The notes beneath the pieces were generated by a model. The model saw only the letters and a program-made list of their open reading frames with translations, was not told the origin of the DNA and did no database searches. Shown piece after piece: positions 1 through 8,785 of a stretch of 64,000 nucleotides of DNA. The translations under genes and the position numbers were made by a program. This DNA is from Flavobacteriales bacterium (GTDB lineage: Bacteria; Bacteroidota; Bacteroidia; Flavobacteriales_F; PHOS-HE28): NCBI GenBank assembly GCA_030584065.1, contig CP129489.1:130797-194796 (forward strand), in the 5' to 3' direction. Position 1 is the stretch's first letter, and each line of letters starts with the position of its first letter.

Positions 1-34
1 GGCTTCAAGAAGTAGCGCGTTCCGGAACCTTTGG

Positions 35-66
35 GCGCCCCTCCCGTTAAGAGGGGCGCTCTTTTT
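35..66 (+). terminator. Rho-independent terminator of the off-window upstream + strand gene
   Basis: GCGCCCCTC (35-43) pairs perfectly with GAGGGGCGC (51-59), 7-nt loop, then TCTTTTT; follows an in-frame TAG at 13-15. Confidence 0.7.
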
Positions 67-101
67 CAGGCCCCATCAGCGGGGCCGAGGGGGCGGTGCG
101 C

Positions 102-3100
102 ATGAGTGAGAAGATCCTGAAGGCCCTGTTGCAGCTGTTCGCCATCATCGCCAAGGGCGAAGCGGTGGCGCTGGGCGCGCGGCCTGAGAATGCCGCCATC
201 CTGGAGCGCTTCCTGCGCAAGCAGTTCAGCCCGGAGACGGCGGCGGCGCACATGGCCCGGTACCAGGCTTTCGTGGAGTCGTTCCACGGCGCGGCCCAGG
301 GCCGCACGGGCCGCAAGCGGACCTCCTTGAACTCGGTGAAGGTCCTCAAGATCTGCACGCAGGTGAACGAGGAACTCACACAGCGCCAGAAGTTCGTCGT
401 GCTGCTCCATCTGCTCGAGTTCATCCATGCCGATGGGGAGGTGACGCCGCAGGAGTCGGAGTTCGTTGCCACCGTCGCAGAGACCTTCAACATCGCCCGG
501 CCCGATTTCGCACGGTGCCGCGCCTTCGTCTGCCAGGAATCACAGGAGCGCCTGGATGAGGAGCACCTGCTCTACATCGATGCAGCGGCCACCACCACCC
601 TCAGCGCGGCCAGGCACCTGCACGCCCATGGCCTCGACGGGGAGGTGCGCGTGCTGCACGTGCCGAGCGTGAACCTGTATGTGATGCGCTATCAGGGCCG
701 GGACGAGGTGCTGCTCAACGGGCAGCGCATCGGGCGCGACAGCCATTATGTGCTCGGCAACGGCAGCAGCGTGCGGCCGCCCAGCGGGGTACCCATCTAC
801 TACAGCGACATCCTCCAGGCCTTCATGGCCAAGCAGGGCCGGCCGCGCATCGTCTTCCGGGCCGACGCCATCGAGTACACCTTCCCCAACGGGCGTGTAG
901 GCCTGCACGAGCTGCATCTGGCCGAGGCCTCGGGCAAGCTCATCGGGATCATGGGCGGCAGCGGCAGCGGCAAGAGCACGCTGCTGAACGTGCTCAATGG
1001 AAATCTGGCGCCCAGCCGGGGGCGTGTCACCATCAACGGCATCGATGTGCACGCCGAGCGCGACCGCATCCGCGGGGTGATCGGCCACGTGAGCCAGGAC
1101 GACCTGCTCATCGAGGAGCTGACCGTCTACCAGAACCTGTTCTTCAATGCCAAGCTCTCCTTCGGCGACCTCACGGACCAGCAGGTGGCCGAGCGCACGC
1201 TGCGCATGCTGCACACCCTGGGGCTCTACGAGACCAAGGACCTGAAGGTGGGCAGCCCCCTGGAGAAGACCATCAGCGGAGGGCAGCGCAAGCGGCTCAA
1301 CATCGCCCTGGAGCTGATCCGCGAGCCCAGCGTGCTCTTCGTGGACGAGCCCACCAGCGGTCTGAGCTCGCGCGACTCCGAGAACATCATGGACCTGCTC
1401 AAGGAGCTGGCCCTCAAGGGTCGGCTCGTCTTCGTGGTCATCCACCAGCCCAGCTCGGACATCTTCAAGCTGTTCGATCGGCTCCTGCTCATGGACCAGG
1501 AGGGGCACCCGGTGTACTACGGCGATCCGGTGGATGCCGTGGTCTACTTCAAGAAGGTGACCGGGCAGGTGGACAGTGAGCAGGGCCAGTGCCGTGCGTG
1601 CGGCAACGTGAACCCGGAGCAGATCTTCAATATCCTGGAGGCGCGCCTCGTGGACGAGTACGGCAAGGAGACCGACCAGCGCCGCATCAGCCCTGATGCA
1701 TGGAATGAGGTGTTCCGGGCACAGATGGAGGTGCGCGTGGCCCAGGTGCCCGATGAGCGCAGCGTGCCGCACAGCACCTTCGCCATCCCCGACCGCCTCA
1801 GGCAGCTCAAGGTCTATTTCCAGCGCGACCTGCTGAGCAAGCTCGCCAACCGGCAGTATGTGCTCATCAATCTGCTGGAGGCCCCGGCGCTTGCGTTCTT
1901 CATGTCCTTCTTCCTCAAGTACCACGGGGCGGCGGAGACCGGCTCCTACGTCTTCAGGACGAACGAGAACCTCCCGCAGTACCTGTTCATCGCCGTCATT
2001 GTGGCCCTCTTCCTGGGCCTCACGGTGAGCGCCGAGGAGATCATCCGCGACCGCAAGATCCTAGCCCGGGAGAAATTCCTCGACCTCAGCTGGCTGAGCT
2101 ACCTCGCCAGCAAGCTGGGCATCCTCTTCATCATCTCCGCCATCCAGACCGGGCTGTTCGTGCTGGTGGCCAACCGGGTGCTCGGAATCGAAGCGCTCGG
2201 CGCTGCGCATTGGCTCGTGCTCTTCTCCACCAGCTGCTTCGCCAATGCCCTCGGGCTGAATGTGAGCGCGAGCTTCAACAGCGCCAAGGTCATCTACATC
2301 CTGATCCCCGTCCTGATCATCCCCCAGCTGCTCTTCAGCGGCATCATCGTCAAGTTCGACCGGCTGCACCCGTGGTTCGGGTCGGAGCGGGGCGTGCCCC
2401 TCATCGGCAACGTGATGGCCTCGCGGTGGGCCTACGAGGCACTGGCCGTCACGCAGTTCATGGAGAATCCCTATGAGCGGAACTTCTACGCCTTCGATCA
2501 GCGCATGAAGACGGCCAATTGGAAGAAGGACCTCTGGGTGGCCGAACTCCAGAACCGCTCAGCCGAGGCCCGGCGGCTGCTTTCCGCCCCCCCCGAGGAG
2601 CGGGTCGGGTTGGAGGAGGCGCTGGAACTTCTGCGCCATGAGCTGCGGCGGGAGGAGCGCCGCCTGGCAGGCTTCGTCGTGAAGGGGTTGGAGCGGCTGA
2701 CGCCTGAATCCTGCGATGCTTCCGTGCTGGATGAGGTGGATGCGGCGCTCGGGCGGCTCACGCACCACTACCGGTCGGCGTACAAGGAGGCCGAGCGGGG
2801 GAAGGAGCGGTTGATCGCCGAGATGACCGCCACGGAGCAGTCGCGCGCCGCCTACTTCGACCTGCTCGACCGCTATCGGAACGACGGCCTGGCCGATGTG
2901 GTGACGAACAAGAACGACCTCCGCGTGATCGTGGAGGATGATGGCGCACTCATCCGGAAGAGCGACCCGGTGTACGAGGTGCCCGAGGGGGGCTTCCTGA
3001 GCGCCCACTTCTATGCGCCCGTGAAGCCGGCATTCGGCTTCCGCCTCAGCGCATTGGCGGGCAACGTCCTGGTCATCTGGACCATGGTGCTGGCCCTGTG

Positions 3101-3167
3101 CGCTGCGCTGTATTGGGAGCTGTTCCCTCGCCTGATGCGGATGCTCCCGCAGCGCTTCGGCCGCTAA
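102..3167 (+). CDS. Fused ABC transporter ATPase + ABC-2 permease with TerB-like N-terminal module and long charged C-terminal tail
   Basis: ATG at 102 (GTG at 96 also in frame). Walker A GGSGSGKST, signature SGGQRKR, Walker B LFVDEPTSGL, then multi-TM region. N-terminal helical segment (LLEFIHADGEVTPQESEFVATVAETF) looks TerB-like. About 270 aa charged tail ends in one extra TM. Confidence 0.9.
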   Translation: MSEKILKALLQLFAIIAKGEAVALGARPENAAILERFLRKQFSPETAAAHMARYQAFVESFHGAAQGRTGRKRTSLNSVKVLKICTQVNEELTQRQKFVVLLHLLEFIHADGEVTPQESEFVATVAETFNIARPDFARCRAFVCQESQERLDEEHLLYIDAAATTTLSAARHLHAHGLDGEVRVLHVPSVNLYVMRYQGRDEVLLNGQRIGRDSHYVLGNGSSVRPPSGVPIYYSDILQAFMAKQGRPRIVFRADAIEYTFPNGRVGLHELHLAEASGKLIGIMGGSGSGKSTLLNVLNGNLAPSRGRVTINGIDVHAERDRIRGVIGHVSQDDLLIEELTVYQNLFFNAKLSFGDLTDQQVAERTLRMLHTLGLYETKDLKVGSPLEKTISGGQRKRLNIALELIREPSVLFVDEPTSGLSSRDSENIMDLLKELALKGRLVFVVIHQPSSDIFKLFDRLLLMDQEGHPVYYGDPVDAVVYFKKVTGQVDSEQGQCRACGNVNPEQIFNILEARLVDEYGKETDQRRISPDAWNEVFRAQMEVRVAQVPDERSVPHSTFAIPDRLRQLKVYFQRDLLSKLANRQYVLINLLEAPALAFFMSFFLKYHGAAETGSYVFRTNENLPQYLFIAVIVALFLGLTVSAEEIIRDRKILAREKFLDLSWLSYLASKLGILFIISAIQTGLFVLVANRVLGIEALGAAHWLVLFSTSCFANALGLNVSASFNSAKVIYILIPVLIIPQLLFSGIIVKFDRLHPWFGSERGVPLIGNVMASRWAYEALAVTQFMENPYERNFYAFDQRMKTANWKKDLWVAELQNRSAEARRLLSAPPEERVGLEEALELLRHELRREERRLAGFVVKGLERLTPESCDASVLDEVDAALGRLTHHYRSAYKEAERGKERLIAEMTATEQSRAAYFDLLDRYRNDGLADVVTNKNDLRVIVEDDGALIRKSDPVYEVPEGGFLSAHFYAPVKPAFGFRLSALAGNVLVIWTMVLALCAALYWELFPRLMRMLPQRFGR

Positions 3168-3556
3168 TCGCCGTTCACCTCGGCGATCTGGATCATCTTG
3201 AAGGGGATGTTGATGATCCCCGAATAGTCCTCCCCGGCTTCGAGCATGTCCTCGTCATCCGCCTCGTAGTGCCAGAGCACGGTGACCTCGTTGCCCGCGG
3301 CGCGGATGGGCTCGAGCCGCTTGAACACATCCAGGATGCACTTGCTGGAGCTCGTGTTGAAGTACTCGAGCTGCACGTGCAGCGCGGTCCGCTCGCTGGG
3401 CTGTCGGCTGTACCGGTCGATCCAGTCGATGAGCGGCTTGTAGAAGTCGATGCTGTTCTCCGGGATGGAGCGGCCCTTCAGCTCCAGCAGGCCCGATGCG
3501 GGGTCGAAATGCACGTACGGGGTCTTGGGCGATCCTTCGAGGTGGAGCGGTTCCAT
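3164..3556 (-). CDS. siaC: SiaC-family (DUF1987) partner-switch phosphoprotein
   Basis: 130 aa; alignable by eye with P. aeruginosa SiaC, including the LEYFNTSSSK block with Thr at residue 68 (codon 3353-3355); acidic C-terminus. Confidence 0.8.
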   Translation of the reverse strand: MEPLHLEGSPKTPYVHFDPASGLLELKGRSIPENSIDFYKPLIDWIDRYSRQPSERTALHVQLEYFNTSSSKCILDVFKRLEPIRAAGNEVTVLWHYEADDEDMLEAGEDYSGIINIPFKMIQIAEVNGD

Positions 3557-3567
3557 GGCGTTCCTGT

Positions 3568-4134
3568 CTAAGTGTTCACGTTCACGTTGAGGCTGAAGAA
3601 GGCGCTATCCTTGTCATAGGGGACGAAGGCGTACTCGAGCTTGCCGCCGCTGCGGCGCGCGATATCGATCATGCCAAGGCCTCCGCCGCCGGCGCTAGAG
3701 TACGTGCCGTCAGCGAGCTTCGCCCTGTACCATTCGCGGAGGTCGTCGGGATTGAGTGAGTTGATGCGGTCGAGGTGACCCTTGAGCTGCTCCACCTCCG
3801 AGCCGGCCATGAAGTTGCCCGTTAGCACGGAATAGCCACTCTCTGTTCGGGCGATCATCACCACGCCATGGGGCTCCTTCGTAGTGTGCACAGCGCCGTC
3901 ATCGAGCCGCAGGTGCCCGTTGTGGTGGTAGAGGTTCTGAAGGCACTCAACCACCACATTGAAGACGCGCTTGCGCGACTTATGGTCGGGCTCCATGCCG
4001 TCCAGCTTGCGCTCCACCAGTGCCAGCAGCACCGTGATGAGCTCGGGGGTGAGCCCTCCCTTGAAGGAGAGCATCACCCGGCGGCGCTCCAGTTCATCGT
4101 AGAGGTCATGGATGCGGTCGAGCAGTCCGGGCAT
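3568..4134 (-). CDS. siaB: SiaB-family protein kinase (anti-sigma/HATPase-like fold)
   Basis: 188 aa; blocks GGGLGMIDIARRSGG and AFFSLNVNV match the SiaB C-terminal ATP-lid region; 11-nt gap to siaC. Confidence 0.75.
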   Translation of the reverse strand: MPGLLDRIHDLYDELERRRVMLSFKGGLTPELITVLLALVERKLDGMEPDHKSRKRVFNVVVECLQNLYHHNGHLRLDDGAVHTTKEPHGVVMIARTESGYSVLTGNFMAGSEVEQLKGHLDRINSLNPDDLREWYRAKLADGTYSSAGGGGLGMIDIARRSGGKLEYAFVPYDKDSAFFSLNVNVNT

Positions 4135-4266
4135 GGGAAACCCTTAGCGGGGCATACACAAAGCAAGTTCCGTTGCGATTCCCGGATTTCCGCAGCTGGC
4201 CGGAGTTTTCCACGCGTGCGTGTGAGCCGGGCACGGGCCGGTTACTTTCGCCGCCCATCATCCCCC

Positions 4267-4995
4267 ATGGGCTGGTTCAAGCACTGGTTCGGCACCCCGT
4301 ACTACAAGCTGCTCTATGGGCATCGCGATGACGCCGATGCCCAGGCCTGGGTGGAAGCCATCCTGGGGCGGTGGCGGCTGCCCGAGGGAGCCGGCCTATT
4401 GGACCTTGCGTGCGGGCGGGGCAGGCATGCCCGTCATTTCGCCGCCCATGGCATCAAGGTCACCGGTTGCGACCTCTCCGAAGAGAGCATCGCCGAGGCC
4501 CGTGCGGCAGTGCCTCAGGCGGAATTCCTCGTGCACGATATGCGGGAGCCCATCGCCGGAAGGCGTTTCGAGGCCATCTGCTGCCTGTTCACCAGCCTGG
4601 GCTACTTCGAGCGGCTCGAGGACGACCAGCGCGTGCTCGATGCCGTGGCGGCCATGCTCGTGCCCGGAGGGGGCTTCGTCCTCGATTTCATGAACACGGA
4701 TGTCGTCCTGCGCGACCTCGTGCCCCACGAGGAGGTTGAGCGGGGCGGCGTCCGGTTCCGCATCACCAGGTGCCTTCAGGCCGATGTCCTCGTGAAGCGC
4801 ATCGAGGTGCTGGATGGCGAGGCGGTGCATCGGTTCGAGGAGCGCGTGCAGACCCTGCGCCCTGCCGTACTCGAGGGCATGGCCACCGGTGCGGGCCTGC
4901 GCATCGAGGACCGCACCGATGGGCCGCTGCTCACCCCCTTCGACCCCGACCGGTCGCCGCGTTTCGTTCTTTGGTGCCGAAAGCCACCCGCATGA
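4267..4995 (+). CDS. Class I SAM-dependent methyltransferase
   Basis: Start at MGWFKHWFGTPYY (in frame with ORF 3868..4995); motif I LLDLACGRGRH; the 133 upstream codons are non-protein-like. Confidence 0.85.
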   Translation: MGWFKHWFGTPYYKLLYGHRDDADAQAWVEAILGRWRLPEGAGLLDLACGRGRHARHFAAHGIKVTGCDLSEESIAEARAAVPQAEFLVHDMREPIAGRRFEAICCLFTSLGYFERLEDDQRVLDAVAAMLVPGGGFVLDFMNTDVVLRDLVPHEEVERGGVRFRITRCLQADVLVKRIEVLDGEAVHRFEERVQTLRPAVLEGMATGAGLRIEDRTDGPLLTPFDPDRSPRFVLWCRKPPA

Positions 4996-5702
4996 GCCTC
5001 CTCGTCGCCCTGCTCTTCTTCGCCATGCCCATGATCGCCGGTGCCGCCGTGCGCGCAGGCAGCCCTGACCAGAAATGGCTTCGTCTGCTCCTGGGCTTCA
5101 GCGGCGCCTTCCTGGTGAGCGTGGTGTTCCTGCACATGCTGCCGGAGCTCTACGAGGAAGAGGGCGCGATGATCGGTGCATGGGTGCTGGGGGGCTTCCT
5201 CCTCCAGGTGGTCCTGGAGTTCTTCAGCCAAGGCATCGAGCACGGCCACATCCATGTGCATGCGCACCATGGCGCACGCGCGGTGCTGCCCTGGCTCACC
5301 ATGGCGAGCCTGTTCCTGCATTCCTTCGCCGAAGGCATGCCCTTCGCCGATGCCGCCGTGGCCGGTAACGTGCCCTTCCTGGCTGGGGTGCTGCTCCATA
5401 AAGTGCCCATGGCCATCGCGCTGGCCACGGTGCTGCTCAAGAGCGGCGTACCGGGTTCGGCCAGTTGGCTCATGCTGGTGCTCTTCGCGCTGGGGGCGCC
5501 CCTGGGCATCGCGGCGGGCACCTTGGCGGGCGATTGGATGGACGGCCACTTCCTGCACCGCATGCTCGGACTGGCCATCGGCATGCTGCTGCACATCGGC
5601 ACCACCATCATCTTCGAGAGCGCGCCGGATCATCGCTTCAACGCCGCCCGCTTCGCTGCCGTGGTGGTGGGCGTGGTGCTGGCCGCCCTGGCCGTCCATT
5701 GA
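4992..5702 (+). CDS. ZIP-family divalent metal transporter (ZupT-like)
   Basis: Start MSLLVALLFF overlaps the upstream stop (ATGA); multi-TM; His-rich loop GIEHGHIHVHAHHG; LHSFAEGM metal-site helix. Confidence 0.85.
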   Translation: MSLLVALLFFAMPMIAGAAVRAGSPDQKWLRLLLGFSGAFLVSVVFLHMLPELYEEEGAMIGAWVLGGFLLQVVLEFFSQGIEHGHIHVHAHHGARAVLPWLTMASLFLHSFAEGMPFADAAVAGNVPFLAGVLLHKVPMAIALATVLLKSGVPGSASWLMLVLFALGAPLGIAAGTLAGDWMDGHFLHRMLGLAIGMLLHIGTTIIFESAPDHRFNAARFAAVVVGVVLAALAVH

Positions 5703-5746
5703 TTTTTCCTCGGGCCTCGCATACGGATCGCGCGCACGCCCCGTTA

Positions 5747-5769
5747 CTTTGCAGCGCAAAGCACTTTGC
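5747..5769. promoter_or_regulatory. Candidate operator: interlocking hexamer palindromes CTTTGC-AGC-GCAAAG-CA-CTTTGC
   Basis: Perfect inverted hexamers at 5747-5752 / 5756-5761 / 5764-5769, overlapping a TTACTTTG -7-like box (5744-5751) and ending 3 nt before the ATG at 5772. Confidence 0.45.
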
Positions 5770-5771
5770 AT

Positions 5772-6443
5772 ATGACTCAGCACGATCCCCTGCAGGAGTT
5801 GGCCCGCATCCGAGGCCTCATGGACCGCAGCACCCGATTCCTCAGCCTGAGCGGCCTCAGCGGCGTCATCGCCGGCGCCGCGGCGCTGGTGGGCGCCTTC
5901 GTCGCGCGCGAGCACCATCAGGCACTGGTCTGGTCGCACGGCTTCGAAGGCAACGGCGGCGAGGCCTTGGCTGCAGGGGGCCTCAATCGCCAGAGCGCCT
6001 GGTGGGGCCATGTGAACTTCCTGATGGCCGATGCCGCCATCGTGCTCGCGGTGGCCCTGCTGGGCGCGCTATGGTTCACCTGGCGCCGCAGCAAGCGCAC
6101 GGGGCAGGGGCTGTGGGGTGCCAGCGCCCGCCGCATGGCCCTCAACCTTTTCCTGCCCCTGGTGGCCGGAGGCCTGTTCTCGCTGGCGCTCATCGTCCAT
6201 GGCGCGGTGGGGATGGTGCCCGCGGCCACCCTCGTCTTCTACGGCCTCGCGCTGATCAACGCGAGCAAGTACACGCTCGACGAGATTCGGTGGCTCGGCC
6301 TCAGCGAATCGGTGCTCGGCGTGGTGGCCGCCTTCTGGGCCGATGCGGGACTGCTCTTCTGGGCGCTCGGCTTCGGCGTGCTGCACATCTTCTATGGGGG
6401 GCTCATGTACCTGCGCCACGAGCGCGGCAATGCTGAAGCATGA
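5772..6443 (+). CDS. Membrane protein of unknown function (first gene of the coupled operon)
   Basis: ATG at 5772 (ORF track starts at TTG 5766); several hydrophobic helices; stop overlaps the next start (ATGA at 6440-6443). Confidence 0.75.
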   Translation: MTQHDPLQELARIRGLMDRSTRFLSLSGLSGVIAGAAALVGAFVAREHHQALVWSHGFEGNGGEALAAGGLNRQSAWWGHVNFLMADAAIVLAVALLGALWFTWRRSKRTGQGLWGASARRMALNLFLPLVAGGLFSLALIVHGAVGMVPAATLVFYGLALINASKYTLDEIRWLGLSESVLGVVAAFWADAGLLFWALGFGVLHIFYGGLMYLRHERGNAEA

Positions 6444-6727
6444 TCGATCGGCTCAATAAGTCCTTCGAGAGCCGGGTGCGCCTGGGCATCATGGCCGTGC
6501 TCGTCGTGAACGAGTGGGTCGATCATACGCAATTGAAGGAGCTGCTCGGCGTTACTGACGGCAACCTCGCGAGCCACCTCGCCGCCCTGGAGGATCTGAA
6601 GTACGTGCAGGTGCGCAAGCGCTTCATCGGCAAGCGGCCGAACACGAGCTACAAGGCCACCGTCAGTGGCGCCCGTGCCTTCCGCGACCACCTCGATGCC
6701 ATCGAACGCCTCATCCCCAAACCCTGA
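6440..6727 (+). CDS. Winged-helix transcriptional regulator (small MarR/PadR-like)
   Basis: 95 aa; RLGIMAVL...QLKELLGVTDGNLASHLAALEDLKYVQVRK...TSYKAT is a typical wHTH recognition helix plus wing. Confidence 0.85.
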   Translation: MIDRLNKSFESRVRLGIMAVLVVNEWVDHTQLKELLGVTDGNLASHLAALEDLKYVQVRKRFIGKRPNTSYKATVSGARAFRDHLDAIERLIPKP

Positions 6728-6731
6728 ACGC

Positions 6732-8291
6732 ATGAACGCCATCGCCAATTGGATCCAAGCCCGCGCGGCGATCATCATCGCGCTGCTGTCGGCACTCGTC
6801 TTCGACCGGCTGTTCTTCCGGATGGGCCTCGGTCTGAACGTGCTGCTGTTCACGCTGCTGGTGGTCATGCTCATCGTGCATCGTATCGGATGGGGAGGGC
6901 TGTCGAAGCCGGCGCGCTGGGCCATGGCCGGGGCATTGGTCGCCGCGGCGATGGCGGTGGTGCACGGAAGCGTTATCGCACCGGTCATGGCGGTGCTGGC
7001 GGTGCTGTGGTTCAGCGCCCTCGCGCATGAGCCTGTGCTGCGGAGCTTGCCGTTCGCTTCGGTGCAGGCCATCTCGAATCACCTGGCGCTGCCCATGGCC
7101 GTGCTCGATGGAGCCAACGAGCTCATGCCCAAGCGCGGCGTTGCGCGCACGGGATGGCGCTGGGCGCGGTTGAGCGTGGTGCCCATGCTCGTGCTCGCGC
7201 TCTTCTTCCAGCTCTATCGCGTGGGCAATCCGAAGTTCGACCACCTCACCGCAGGCTTCCTCGATGGCATCTGGCAGGCGATCGCCGAGCTCCTCGAATT
7301 CGTGGTCACCGCGCACGCGCTCTTCTTCCTCTTCGGCCTCTTCTTGTGCGCGGGGCTGCTGTTCCGCTTCGCGCCCAGGCTGGTGGCGCAATGGGAGCAG
7401 CGGCTGGGCGATGGCATGCGGCGCGTGCGCCTGAAGCGTCCGCACTGGCGGGCGCCGCTGGACATGAACCCGCTGGAGCGGGAGCGTCGCCGCGGGGTGG
7501 TGCTGCTGGCGCTCGTGAACGCCCTTCTCCTGGTGGTCAACATCATCGATGTCGATTGGGTCTGGTTCGGCTTCGAGGTGCCTGAGGGCTTCAGCCTGAA
7601 GCAGTTCGTGCATGAAGGCACCTATGCGCTCATCTTCAGCATCCTGCTCAGCATCGCGGTGGTGCTCTGGTTCTTCCGTGGCAACCAGAACTTCTACTGG
7701 CGCAGTGCCTGGCTGAAGCGCCTGGCCTTGCTCTGGGTGGTCCAGAACGGCGTCCTCGCGGTGTCGGTGTTCCTGCGGAACTGGCACTACATCAGCTTCC
7801 ACGGTCTCGCCTACAAGCGCATCGGCGTCATCGTGTTCCTCGCGCTCGTGCTCGTGGGGCTGGTCACCTTGTTCGTCAAGGTGAAGCAGCGCCGTTCGCT
7901 GTACTACCTGGTGCGTGTGAATGCGTGGGCGGCCTTCGCGCTGCTCGTGGGCCTCACCACGGTCGATTGGGATGGCTTCATCGTACGCGTGAACCTGGGC
8001 CATGGCAATCCCGGCGAGATCGACATCGACAACTACCTCGCAATGAGCGACAAGGTGCTGCCGCTGCTCTACGCCAACATCGACCTGGTGGAGCAGCAGA
8101 TGGAGCGGCATCGCCACAACCGCGTGCGCTGGGTAGACCACCTCGATCCGCTGGCCTTCCGTGCCCTGCTTGATGGCAAGCGCGATGCCTTCCTTGCGCG
8201 CCAGGCCGGTCAACGCTGGCAGGAGTGGACCTGGGCCGATGCGCGCACCAGGGCCGGGCTGGAACGCATCGGTCAAGCCGCGATGCAATGA
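6732..8291 (+). CDS. Large polytopic membrane protein (DUF4173/DUF4153-like)
   Basis: Start MNAIANWIQARAAIIIALL; roughly 10 TM segments followed by a soluble C-terminal part; family name from memory, not verified. Confidence 0.75.
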   Translation: MNAIANWIQARAAIIIALLSALVFDRLFFRMGLGLNVLLFTLLVVMLIVHRIGWGGLSKPARWAMAGALVAAAMAVVHGSVIAPVMAVLAVLWFSALAHEPVLRSLPFASVQAISNHLALPMAVLDGANELMPKRGVARTGWRWARLSVVPMLVLALFFQLYRVGNPKFDHLTAGFLDGIWQAIAELLEFVVTAHALFFLFGLFLCAGLLFRFAPRLVAQWEQRLGDGMRRVRLKRPHWRAPLDMNPLERERRRGVVLLALVNALLLVVNIIDVDWVWFGFEVPEGFSLKQFVHEGTYALIFSILLSIAVVLWFFRGNQNFYWRSAWLKRLALLWVVQNGVLAVSVFLRNWHYISFHGLAYKRIGVIVFLALVLVGLVTLFVKVKQRRSLYYLVRVNAWAAFALLVGLTTVDWDGFIVRVNLGHGNPGEIDIDNYLAMSDKVLPLLYANIDLVEQQMERHRHNRVRWVDHLDPLAFRALLDGKRDAFLARQAGQRWQEWTWADARTRAGLERIGQAAMQ

Positions 8292-8785
8292 GCGACCTCC
8301 GTTGCATCCGCGGCTGGCTGGCCTTCTTCATGGCGTCCCTGGTGCTGAGCGGCATCACCGCCGTGCCGCTGGCGATGCTCACGGCATGGCTCGTTGAGCT
8401 CACGGAACCGGCGGGGGGCGCATGGCATCAATGGGCATCGCATGCCGCAGGTGCCGTGGCCCATGTGGATGCCGCATACCCGATCCTCTTCTACGGCACC
8501 GACTGGCTGGCCTTCGCGCATGTGGCGATCGCACTCGCCTTCATCGGCCCGTGGCGCGATCCGGTGCGCAACCGCTGGGTGGTGGAGTGGGGCCTATGGT
8601 GCTGCGCGCTGGTGATCGTGCTGGCCTTCGCATGGGCGCCGGTTCGCGGCATTCCCTTTTTCTGGCGCTGCGTGGATGCCTCGTTCGGGGCGATCGGAGC
8701 GGTGCCGCTCTGGCTCGCCCTGCGGCGAATCCGTCGCATGGCCGCGCGTCCGGCCACCGGCGCACCTTCCATGGAGCCATCATGA
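8288..8785 (+). CDS. Membrane protein, unknown function
   Basis: ATG at 8288 overlaps the upstream stop (ATGA); 4-5 hydrophobic helices. Confidence 0.65.
   Translation: MSDLRCIRGWLAFFMASLVLSGITAVPLAMLTAWLVELTEPAGGAWHQWASHAAGAVAHVDAAYPILFYGTDWLAFAHVAIALAFIGPWRDPVRNRWVVEWGLWCCALVIVLAFAWAPVRGIPFFWRCVDASFGAIGAVPLWLALRRIRRMAARPATGAPSMEPS

Noticed and set aside
1-15. C-terminal fragment (GFKK*) of an upstream + strand gene
   Set aside because: Only four codons are visible, which is too short to call as a feature. Used only as context for the terminator at 35-66.
600-850. FHA domain call for the beta-rich linker of the ABC transporter
   Set aside because: I could not find the canonical G-R...S-x-x-H...N-G pattern convincingly, only IGRDSH...NGSS. 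It is left as an unverified possibility and not used as evidence.
540-1925. Long antisense or off-frame ORFs shadowing real genes. Examples: 540..1925(-), 6711..8288(-), 8491..9741(-), 13331..15349(+), 27828..29456(+), 29683..31311(+), 32229..33941(+), 39434..40483(+), 40508..42379(-), 47628..50246(+), 53002..54648(-), 54485..55930(-), 58312..59994(+), 59966..62065(+), 61752..62882(+), 62836..63870(-).
   Set aside because: Their translations are Arg/Gly/Ala/His/Pro-rich with no motifs, signal peptides or TM logic. The opposite or other frame in each case encodes a protein with clear family signatures. This is the expected artefact of stop-codon-poor high-G+C DNA.
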